Shown here one piece after another: positions 41,062-52,500 of a stretch of 64,000 nt of DNA. The stretch spans positions 98,270,001 to 98,334,000 of the forward strand of contig OX597820.1 in assembly GCA_951406725.2 (NCBI GenBank). The letters run 5' to 3'. The DNA comes from Octopus vulgaris (taxonomy: Eukaryota). Within the stretch, counting starts at the first letter, position 1. Every line of letters begins with the position of its first letter. A program made the translations under genes and the position numbers. The notes below the pieces were generated by a model, which saw only the letters and a program-made list of their open reading frames with translations, made no database searches and was not told the origin of the DNA.

Positions 41062-42362
41062 TGTGTGCCCCCGAATTTTCTTCGTGTAGTGGCGCTGAAT
41101 CGCCTCTAGTTCAGCAATTAGTTTTACGCTCTGCAGTGACCAAAGTTTGGAGCAGTAGTCCAGACGACTGAGGACAAAGGTCCTCCGAAGTAGTAGCATT
41201 GTGTCTCTGTTCCTGGTATTGAAGGATCTCAGGATCCAACCTGCCACCCGCTTGCGTAGTGCTGCGATCTGAGCAATAGGCACATGGAAATTTGCGTCGT
41301 TTCTCATGTGGATTCCCAGGTCGCACACCGACTCTAACTCTAGGACTACAATGTTCGCTGGTCCCGTATATTTCAGTCGTAGTTAGTTTGTGGGTCGATA
41401 GCGAAGTGCTTGAAACTTTGCGGCATTGAACTGTATATCATTCTTACCTGCCCACTTATATATTGCGTTCAGGTCATTCTGTAGTCTTGGAATGTCAGTG
41501 GGATCCTTGACTGCCTGCGATGCTTTTGTATTATCGGCGTAGCTGGTGAGTGTGACTGACCCTATGGCTGAGGGCATGTCCTAGAGAACAAATACAAACA
41601 GTAGTGGTCCCTGCAGTGTTCCCTGGGAAACTCCGTTGAGGATTGGTGTCACTCCAGAAAGAGCAGCTTTTGCAGTGACAGCCTGGCTTCTGTTCTTCAA
41701 GAAATCATGCAGCCACGCTCCCAGTCTTCCAGAGCTACCGAGATCTCGAAATTTGTGACATATCGTTCCATGATCGACTTTATCAGAGGCCTTGGAAAAG
41801 TTGAGATATATCACAACCACATTTGAATGGTTAAGCTGTTGTTTTAGTACCCAGTCGAAGTGCCGTAGTAAATGTGTTAGGTAGCTCCTTCCAGGACGGA
41901 AGCCATGTTGCGAGAGTGTAAGCAAGTCATTTCCTTCGACGAACGTGGTCAGAATTTTTCTGACAATGCGTTCCATGATCTTGCTAACAAGTAAGGTCAG
42001 AGAGATAGGCCTGTAGTTTATAGCATCAACTCTGCTTCCTCCTTTTTGGACAGGGAAGATTATTCCTTCTTTTAACATTTGAGGAAATGTGCCGCATGCA
42101 AGGGTATTATGGAATAGAATTTGCAGTGATTTTGCAAGAGCTTTCTTGCATGTTTTTCACAGAATTGCTGGGAATCCATCTGAGCCTGCTGCAGAGTTTG
42201 AGTTTATCTCGTCAATAGCCGATAATACCTCTTTTGTAATATCAATGTAATTGATGGTCGCCTTGTAGGTTAGAGGTGTTGAAAAACTCGTCAGGCCTGC
42301 TTATTTCCACGTTTCTCAGTGGAGAGATGAAAACACATTTGAATTGTTTATTGAGTGCTTCA
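41062..42362 (-). pseudogene. CR1-group LINE reverse transcriptase fragment
   Basis: SAAGSDGFPA, NYRPISLT, QHGFRPGRS, YLNFSKASDKVDH, GVSQGTLQGPLLF, SYADNTK (YADD decayed), DLGI, RLDYCSKLWS, LEAIQR; in-frame stops. Confidence 0.93.
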
Positions 42363-42391
42363 TGATATATATATATATATATATATATATA

Positions 42392-42586
42392 AACAGAAAA
42401 CAAAAGACAAAAGCAGATGAAGGAATAACAAGCAGCTGTATTAGTTTGACGCTCGGAAAGAATGGAAAAGTCTTTCACATTTCGAGTTTACACTCTTCCA
42501 CAGAAAGGATTGAACGGAACAATATGGAGAGAGAACGAAAAAAAAAGGAGAGAGAAGAATGTATAGGGATTAACGGTCCAACATGA
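42392..42586 (-). mobile_element. (TA)n-embedded element type HA with hammerhead-like motif
   Basis: Homologous to 18692-18871; minus strand CUUU-CUGUGGA-A-GAGU-GUAA-ACUC-GAAA-UG-UG-AAAG. Confidence 0.7.
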
Positions 42587-42599
42587 TGAAATGCATATG

Positions 42600-42661
<62 letters not shown>

Positions 42662-42830
42662 TGTATGTATGTGTGTGTGTGTGTTTACATAGGAAGGGTT
42701 TAGACCATCGGTGATCTAAACTAATAGGTACGCTATGTGAGCGCTCCAATTGGTAAGCTACTGGGATCCAAGTTCACAACGGGGGCTGGATTTGGGGATT
42801 CGTAGCCTACTTCTGAGTCAGTGGGTAATT

Positions 42831-42902
<72 letters not shown>

Positions 42903-43257
42903 AAAGGGACAAAGAAATTCTCTCATGGAACTTGAACACTTGAAGCATCAGTCTGTCGCATACACGACGACAACCTCTATGGATTAAATCAAAGATATCT
43001 TCAACAAATTAATTAGTTAAATGAGCAATCTTAAATGTTTCCCTAGATAAATTAACCGTTATTACATTCCGGTATATCACATGAGGATCTCAGTCAAAAT
43101 GCCTTCAACCACTATTTGATACGATGTCCCAAATATTAATTACCTCGCTCTAATATTACAACAAATTTCAATGACTATAACATAGAGTAAATTGCGGAAT
43201 TGAATTTGTAATTATCTATATCATAAACAGTTACGATTTAACAATGTTATAAATATA

Positions 43258-44045
43258 CAGGGCTGGTGAAAAGTCAAAGATAGTAAATCAAAATCATTTA
43301 ATTCTAAGATTAAAACAAAATTATTTTATATAAGACTTCACGAATAGATAGATAGACAAGTGTTGAAAAAACAAAAACGGCAATTTTAACTCACAGCGTT
43401 AGGGTTGGTCAAAAGTCACCTGACAGTAAACCAAAACCACTTAATTCTAAGATTAAAACAAAAATTATTTTATATGAGACTTCACTAATAGGCGCAGGAG
43501 TGGCTGTGTGGTAAGTAGTTTGCTAACCAGCCACATGGTTCTGGGTTCAGTCCCACTGCGTGGCATCTTGCGCAAATGTCTTCTGCTATAGCCTCGGGCT
43601 GACCAAAGCCTTGTGAGTGGATTTGGTAGACGGAAACTGAAAGAAGCCTGTCGTATATATGTATATGTATGTGTATGTATATGTGTGTGTGTCTGTGTTT
43701 GTCCCTCTAGCATTGCTTGACAACCGATGCTGGTGTGTTTACGTCCCCGTCACTTAGCGGTTCGGGAAAAGAGACCGATAGAATAAGTACTGGGCTTACA
43801 AAGAATAAGTCCCGGGGTCGATTTGCTCGACTAAAGGCGGTGCTCCAGCATGGCCGCAGTCAAAATGACTGAAACAAGTAAAAGAGTAAAAGAGTAATAG
43901 ATAGACAAGTGTTGAAAAAAAACCGGTGATTTTAACTCACAGCGTTTAATTATCAAACATTCATAATAAGAATAAATAAATAAAATTGAATATTAAGTAT
44001 GTATGGAGTTTTGATTTACTGTTGGGTGACTTTTGGCCAACACTG
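43258..44045. mobile_element. Tc1/mariner-type MITE with duplicated left arm and nested SINE
   Basis: TA|CAGGGCTGGTGAAAAGTCA..TGACTTTTGGCCAACACTG|TA; TIR match extends ~38 bp against the second left arm at ~43401. Confidence 0.8.
43491..43894 (+). mobile_element. SINE family C, full-length young copy
   Basis: tRNA-like head GGCGCAGGAGTGGCTGTGTGGTAAG..GGGTTCAGTCCC, internal (TA/TG) tract, (GAGTAAAA)n tail, TSD TAATA(G); highly similar to 45563-48160. Confidence 0.93.
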
Positions 44046-44513
44046 TATGTTACATCCAAGACATTTGCAGCTTCTCAATGTCGGTTGGATTGCCGGATAT
44101 ATTACATGATATGAGGTGAATTGACTGTTAGTTTATGAAAATATACATCTTTAAGGGCATAAAGTGACAGGTTATTAATCCAGAATCGCTGCAGTGTAAT
44201 CCCTAACACGATCGTCACTTATGTGCGATTCAACTACCTCAAAAAGATCCGCTCAGATTTTATTTTCCCTGACATAGATCATACTATTTTTCACGATAAA
44301 CACACACACACACCCATATAATGTTTTAAGTAAGTTTAGCAGATGGTGAAAGCATAATATGCATTTCAATGCATGATATGTTCTGCCGAATTGTGGAACA
44401 TCACTCCAGTTAATTTAACTAACTCCTTTTTAAAACATAGTCCTTATCCTTTTTCACTTATTGCAGAGATTGATTTTTAATTATTTTTATTTCACATTTA
44501 CAATGTTTTTATT

Positions 44514-44561
<48 letters not shown>

Positions 44562-44562
<1 letters not shown>

Positions 44563-45051
44563 TAGCAGTATCGCCCGGCGTTGCTCGGGTTTGTAAGGGA
44601 AATAACTATATAAGCATTTTTAGAGAGTTACTTCCCTTATAAATTCGGGCTTTCTTAGCCATTTTTGTTTTGGTGTCTTCAAGCCATGATGTCGTTGTTC
44701 TAAAAGAACGCTGGTTTCCTTCACAACGCATTACGACGTTGATTTCTTTACACTCCCTTCCCCACAGCTTCACGAGGGAGGGAAGGGGGAGAAGCAAACA
44801 GGTGCAGGCGTGAGCGTGGACGCCAACTCCGCCGCCATCGACACACGATGCATTTTATGCATTAAAATGGAATAAAAAATGATGTTAAATTATTTTTAAA
44901 ATCGTAGACTCATCGTTGACGCGCGCTAATAGTCAGACGGGCTCGATATGAATCACGACTATAAGATACCCGAATTTGGTTAAACTGCACCGCAAAATGT
45001 GGGAGGAGTTAGGAATCTAAATCGAAGGGGACAGACACTCACACAACTAGA

Positions 45052-45062
<11 letters not shown>
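44562..45062 (-). mobile_element. Non-autonomous Helitron
   Basis: Minus-strand 3' terminus CTAG|T preceded ~8 nt upstream by GC hairpin CCCGAGCAACGCCGGG; 5' end merges into (TA)n; no TSD. Confidence 0.75.
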
Positions 45063-45105
<43 letters not shown>

Positions 45106-45107
<2 letters not shown>

Positions 45108-45497
45108 ACGCCATGATAGATCGTTAGCTCCTACAGGCATTTTTTCTCTCCTTGTTTTTTTCTGTGTATCTTTCTGTCGAAGAGCGTAAGCTCGAAAAGT
45201 AAAAGACTTTTTCCATTTCTATTCCTGAGCGCTATACTAATACATTTGTTTGTTTGTACTACACCTGCCTTCGTCTTTTGTTTATTTTCGTAAACTTTCC
45301 CGACCGCGTTTGTACCATTGGAGATTTTTTTCCTCTGTATTTTCTTCTCTGGATCTTTCCTTCTCCTATGTTTCCGACGAAGAGCTCCGCTCGAAACGTT
45401 AAACGCTCCTTCTTTCCTTCTTTCCTGAGCGTCCAATAATACTATATTTGTTCCATGACCTCGCGTTGTTGTGTTTTTTTGTGCTTTCATGTTCGGA

Positions 45498-45502
<5 letters not shown>
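45106..45502 (+). mobile_element. Tandem HA + HB elements, each with a hammerhead-like motif (45169-45206; 45370-45404)
   Basis: UCUUU-CUGUCGA-A-GAGC-GUAA-GCUC-GAAA-AG-UA-AAAGA and GUUU-CCGACGA-A-GAGC-UCC-GCUC-GAAA-CG-UU-AAAC, cores 200 bp apart; (TA)n on both flanks. Confidence 0.8.
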
Positions 45503-45565
<63 letters not shown>

Positions 45566-45805
45566 CTCTTTTACTCTTTTACTCTTTTACTTGTTTCAGT
45601 CATTTGACTGCGGCCATGCTGGAGCACCGCCTTTAGTCGAGCAAATCGACCCCGGGACTTGTTCTTTGTAAGCCCAGTACTTATTCTATCGGTTTCTTTT
45701 GCCGAACCGCTAAGTGACGGGGACGTAAACACACCAGCATCGGTTGTCAAGCAATGCTAGGGGGACAAACACAGACACACAAACATATACACACACACAC
45801 ACATA

Positions 45806-45858
<53 letters not shown>

Positions 45859-45998
45859 GACAGGCTTCTTTCAGTTTCCGTCTACCAAATCCACTCACAA
45901 GGCATTGGTCGGCCCGGGGATATAGCAGAAGACACTTGCCCAAGATGCCACACAGTGGGACTGAACCCGGAACCATGTGGCTGGTTAGCAAACTACTT

Positions 45999-48121
45999 TA
46001 TTTCATTTAATTTGCCACAAGGGCAGTACACAGATAGTAGCTACGGGCTGGACATTAATGAATGATGGTGATGAGGTGAAGATGATGATGGGAGAAGACG
46101 AAAGCGCCCGCCGACTTCCGCTTCTCTAAGACATTGTTCTTTTTTTCAATAAGTTCAATTTTCTTTAGTTTCAGTAAATCGACATGAGGTTGCAAACCTC
46201 TTACTCGAAGGAGGCACTAAAACCTCTTACAAAGTTCCTTCTGTCATTTCTTTTGCCACAAGGGCAGTACATGATTTCACAAAAATTCTCCCTGTCAGGT
46301 CCCCGAAGAAAATTGTCTTGCCGCCTGCAGACAACTCTGCGACGACAAGTCGAGGCCTGCAAGGAGAAAAGTAAAGTGTTTCCTCTTAAAGGTCTCTGCG
46401 ACCCTTGACAAAATGTTTTCCGTTACTACCTCCGCAGCGACCCGCGGAGGCCATAACGGACTCCTTGAGCCGACCGTGTCCTTGCGTTCTCGGTCACCCA
46501 AGCCATTTAAAAACTTTTCCACCTTCCTTCCCTTGTGGTAAAGGAGGAGAAACAACTCCTCTTCACAGGAAGGGACTTCACACTGATCCGTCAGTGGCAC
46601 ACTTCCCACTGACGGAGCCCTGTCCGCGGGTGGCACACATCCCACCCGCGGCTCCGTCGGCGACACAGAAACTCAGTCGTCCGACCTCTTATTCTCTTTT
46701 TCCTCTTTTTTTGAGGCTGCTAGCCCGGGGGCTCCTTCGGCAGACGCAGGGGGTCGCTATCCTCCTCCTCCGTCTGTACGTTCTTTGGTGAGCAACCATT
46801 GTTGCTCACCTGTCTTTTTCTTTTCGTGGAGGCAACTTCCTCCACGACTTCCACCGTCTCCCCCTCCAATGAGAGAGCGGCGGGCACCTTTTCCTTTTCA
46901 TGCTCCGGGGCAGCACCACGGCCCCCGGGACACTTCCTCTTGATATGTCCAGGCTCCAGGCATAGGTGACACTTGGGGGGGGGGGCGTCCCTCAAGCATC
47001 ACCGGATACCTGGACCCGGCCATCCTCAACAAGTCCGGCAAAACCAGACTCTTGGCTGACTGGGACCATAGTGTCAAAGTAGCCTTTGACCCCTCCCAAT
47101 CAGCCGCAGGCTGTATTCTTACGTTTAGGATCTTGGCGCTACTACCACCCAGACCCCGGCGGATAGAATCTTGTATCCACTCGGGTTCAATGCCGGGTGG
47201 CAGGCCGCAGACCCATGCTCTTATTAATTTTTCTCCCTTGTAACTAGGGAGAAACAAGATCTCTTTGCCCTCAATGGGCTTGCTTGCAAAATCGCAAGCA
47301 GCTTCTGGGGAGTCAAACAGCAACCAAACCGTTGCGTATTTGGCTCCCCATGTAATGTATTTTACGGCTGGCATATAATCTGCCAGCTCGTCAATTATTT
47401 TAGCCTTCGGAAAGACCGTGATGGTGTTGAACGACTTTGAATAAGTCCTCAAAACCACGGTCTTTTCCTCCAGCTCCTTCAGATAACTTTTCGGAGGTGT
47501 CAACTCCCATATGGTAAACTCCTTTGCCATAACAAAAGTTCAAAAAATAGCTCAACGTGATAAAAATAAATAGACAAAAAAAGGAGAATAAAAAACAGAA
47601 CAGAAGGGAAGAAACAAAATTAGAAACAGCAGTTCAAAAAAGTTTTTTTTTTTTTTAATAAAAGATAGCAGAAGAGAGTTCAAATCCAGGCAAAGGAATT
47701 GTTATTATTATTTTTTTTTTTTCCCGGCCAAAAAGGTATTCCAGGCCACTGGTAATCCACTTGTGTTAATATTCTTGGTACTCCGTTGGTATATCCGAAG
47801 ACAAAGGCAATTACACACGTTAATTTTTAAGGTGGGGGCTATGCCTCCTCAAAAAACACAATACTCACTAAAAACTGAGACTTTAAATTCGACAACAGGC
47901 AGAAAAAATATATCTGGAGCAACGTGAAGTCTATTACCCGCAAAAATAATCTTAATGCTAAATAACATTAACTGCTAAATAACGTTAAAAGCAACAATAA
48001 GCCTCACTAGGCTCCTAAAAATATAAAACGTCTTACCTGTTGTCGTCAAAAAGTTCAATATTTCACGTGGCAACACGTGACATCTGAAGCAGCCAAAAAA
48101 AACACGTCCGAACACGTCAGA
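45999..48121 (-). mobile_element. ORF1-only non-LTR retroelement (L1/Tx1-like ORF1, no RT)
   Basis: Exact 16-bp TSD GGTTAGCAAACTACTT (45983-45998, 48122-48137); A-rich 3' end on minus strand; GC-richer coding segment with CCHC knuckle; no TIR, LTR or RT motifs. Confidence 0.8.
46720..47530 (-). CDS. Gag/ORF1-like nucleic-acid-binding protein with CX2CX4HX4C zinc knuckle (~269 aa; one frameshift in a C11 run)
   Basis: ORF 46898-47530 (RRM-like ATVWLLFDSPEAA, VCGLPPGI) joins ORF 46720-46995 (KCHLCLEPGHIKRKCP) if one base is removed from the G run at 46975-46985. Confidence 0.7.
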
Positions 48122-48996
48122 GGTTAGCAAACTACTTACCACACAGCCACTCCTGCGCCTATATATTTATACATACATACATACATACATACATACATAC
48201 GTACATACATACATACGTACATACATACATACATACATGCATACATACATACTTACATACATACATACATACATACATACATGCATACATATACAAACAC
48301 ACGTACAGCAGCATACACAGAAACGACCGAATACATTTACATAAATACAAAAACACCTGTACATACACGGTCACGTGCTCTAAATCACAAGCATAATAAA
48401 AACAAGACAATATGTATGCGCTTATGGTTTGAATAATTTGAATGATTTGAATGTAATGCAGATGATATAACTGACAAGTTGTTTTAATAACTTTGAATAA
48501 AAATATGCACGGCGTGCGACTGTACTTTTGTTGTTAGATGCGTGTGTAAAAGCTATGCTTAAAATATTTATCAGCCCTGTGTGAAACGTAAGATAGTTAA
48601 ATAGTAGAGAGAGGTGTGAGATGTCTTATGAACGTGGGACGAAAGGCATAACCTCCGCCTGGAAATATGATTTTTACCGAGATATTAAATCAAGGCCTTT
48701 CTTTTTTAACAAACATTTTTGAAGGTTCCCTTTACCTTTAATCACGAAAACAGTTTCTTTAATACCTGTCAACTCCCATTAAAACTATCGATAGGCCAGT
48801 TGGTTATGTTCAGGTGTGCATTGTAGCTAGCTTTGATCAGAATGATCAAATATAGTAATGTTAACCGCAAGCGAATTATACTTTTATCAAAGCTGCTCTC
48901 AGTTCAAATCCGGAGAATGATTTGCTATAAGAATTTCCTCGCAACGTGTTTGTTTTTATGGCAACGAATGAAATCAAGAAACGTATGTGTATATGC

Positions 48997-49039
<43 letters not shown>

Positions 49040-49279
49040 TGTGTGTGTGTGTGCGTGCAGGTGGGGTGTATGTCTGTTCACGTTTCCGATGTATGCAACA
49101 AAATCATGTAACAATAATCATAAATTTAAGTTTGACTCAACGAAACATGAGAAAATAACATGAAATTATTTAATTCAATTCATAAATAGTTGAAAATTTT
49201 AGAAAAGGTTTAGTGGCTATTAATATATGTGTATACATAAATATACATATATATATATATAAATATACACACATATACA

Positions 49280-49313
<34 letters not shown>

Positions 49314-49336
49314 TCAGTAAGTAATGGATATTTCAA

Positions 49337-49497
49337 TACCTGTTTCTTTACTACCCACAAGGGGCTAAACACAGAGGGGACAAACTAGGACAGACAAACG
49401 GATTAAGTCGATTATATCATCGACACCAGTGCGTAACTGGTACTTAATTAATCGACCCAGAAAGGATGAAAGGCAAAGTCGACCTGGGCGGAATTTG
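49337..49497 (-). mobile_element. SINE family B body, truncated at the satellite boundary
   Basis: Matches the 184-bp unit of 24405-24588; stops at GGAATTTG. Confidence 0.88.
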
Positions 49498-49510
49498 TAG
49501 ATGAGTATAC

Positions 49511-52500
49511 ATGATACCAAGTATGCTCATCTAGAATTAGATACCACGTATACTCATCAATAATTTGATAGCATGTATACTCATCTACATTCTGATACCA
49601 AGTATACTCATCTACAATCTCATACCAACTACACTCATCTATAATCCAATACCAAGTATACTCATCTAAAACATGATACCAATTATACTCATCTAGAATT
49701 AGATACCACGTATACTCATCAATAATTTGATACCATGTATACTCATCTACATTCTGATACCAAGTATACTCATCTACAATCTCATACCAACTATACTCAT
49801 CTATAATCTGATACCAAGTATACTCATCTACATTCTGATACCAAGTATACTCATTTACAATCTTATACCAACTATACTCATCTATAATATGATACCAAGT
49901 ATACTCATCTACAATCTGATACCAACTATACTCATCTATAATCTGATACCTGTATACTCATCTACAACATGATACCACGTATACTCATCTAGAATTAGAT
50001 ACCACGTATACTCATCAATAATTTGATACCATGTATACTCATCTACATTCTGATACCAAGTATACTCATCTACAATCTCATACCAACTATACTCATCTAT
50101 AATCTGATACCAAGTATACTCATCTACAACATGATACCAAGTATACTCATCTACAACATGATACCAAGTATACTCATCTAGAATTAGATACCACGTATAC
50201 TCATCAATAATTTGATACCATGTATACTCATCTACATTCTGATACCAAGTATACTCATCTAAAATCTCACACCAACTATACTCATCTATAATCTGATACC
50301 AAGTATACTCATCTACAACATGATACCAAGTATACTCATCTAGAATTAGATACCACCTATACTCATCTACAATCTGATACGAAGTATAATCATCTGCAAT
50401 CTGATACCAAGTATACTCATCTACAATCTCATACCAACTATATTCATCTAGATTTCTGATACCAAGTATACTCATCTACAATCTCATACCAACTATACTC
50501 ATCTATAATCTGATACCAAGTATACTCATCTACAACATGATACCAAGTATACTCATCTAGAATTAGATACCACCTATACTCATCAATAATTTGATACCAT
50601 GTATACTCATCTACATTCTGATACCAAATATACTCATCTAACATCTCACACCAACTATACTCATCTATAATCTGATACCAAGTATACTCATCTACAACAT
50701 GATACCAAGTATACTCATCTAGAATTAGATACCACCTATACTCATCTACAATCTGATACGAAGTATAATCATCTGCAATCTGATACCAAGTATACTCATC
50801 TACAATCTCATACCAACTATATTCATCTATAATCTCATACCAAGTATACTCATCTACAATCTGAAACAAAGTATACTAATCTAGAATTAGATACCACCTA
50901 TACTCATCAATAATTTGATAGCATGTATACTCATCTACATTCTGATACCAAGTATACTCATCTACAATCTCATACCAACTATACTCATCTATAATCCAAT
51001 ACCAAGTATACTCATCTAAAACATGATACCAATTATACTCATCTAGAATTAGATACCACGTATACTCATCAGTAATTTGATACCATGTATACTCATCTAC
51101 ATTCTGATACCAAGTATACTCATCTACAATCTCATACCAACTATACTCATCTATAATCTGATACCAAGTATACTCATCTACAATCTGATACCAAGTATAC
51201 TCATCTAGAATTAGATACCAAGTATACTCATCAATAATTTGATACGATGTATATTCATCTACATTCTGATACCAAGTATACTCATCTACAATCTCCTACC
51301 AACTATACTCATCTATAATCTGATACCAAGTATACTCATCTACATCATGATACCAAGTATACTCATCTAGAATTAGATACCACATATACTCATCAATAAT
51401 TTGATACCATGTATACTCATCTACATTCTGATACCAAGTATACTCATCTAAAATCTCACACCAACTATACTCATCTCTATTCTGATACCAAGTATACTCA
51501 TCTACAACATGATACCAAGTATACTCATCTAGAATTAGATACCACGTATACTCATCAATAATCTGATACCATGTATACTCATCTACATTCTGATACCAAG
51601 TATACTCATCTACAATCTCAAACCAACTATACTCATCTATAATCTGATACCAAGTACCCTCATCTGCAACATGATACCAAGTATACTCATCTAGAATTAG
51701 ATACCACGTATACTCATCAATAATTTGATAGCATGTATACTCATCTACATTCTGATATCAAGTATACTCATCTACAATCTCATACCAACTATACTCATCT
51801 ATAATCCAATACCAAGTATACTCATCTAAAACATGATACCAATTATACTCATATAGAATTAGATACCACGTATACTCATCAGTAATTTGATACCATGTAT
51901 ACTCATCTACATTCTGATACCAAGTATACTCATCTACAATCTTATACCAACTATACTCATCTATAATCTGATACCAAGTATACTCATCTACAACATGATA
52001 CCAAGTATACTCATCTAGAATTAGATACCACCTATACTAATCAATTATTTGATACCATGTATACTCATCTACATTCTGATACCAAGTATACTCATCTACA
52101 ATCTCATAACAACTATACTCATCTATAATCTGATACCAAGTATACTCATCTACAACATGATACCAAGTATACTCATCTAGAATTAGATACCACCTATACT
52201 AATCAATTATTTGATACCATGTATACTCATCTACATTCTGATACCAAGTATACTCATCTAAAATCTCACACCAACTATATTCATCTATAATCTGATACCA
52301 AGTATACTCATCTACAATCTGAAACCAAGTATACTAATCTAGAATTAGATACCACGTATACTCATCAATAATTTGATACCACGTATACTCATCTACATTC
52401 TAATACCAAGTATACTCATCTGTAATCTCATACCAACTATACTCATCTATAATCTGATACCAAGTATACTCATCTAAAACATGATACCAAGTATACTCAT

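Larger units (their letters stand above)
45563..48160 (-). mobile_element. SINE family C split in its head by a 2.1-kb insertion
   Basis: 45563-45998 plus 48138-48160 reconstitute the reverse complement of 43491-43894. Confidence 0.92.

Noticed and set aside
41062-42362. Active reverse transcriptase or retron-like system
   Set aside because: Truncated LINE RT with stops and a mutated catalytic motif (YADN)
46405-46791. 128-aa plus-strand ORF inside the retroelement
   Set aside because: Antisense shadow of a GC-rich coding segment; no motifs
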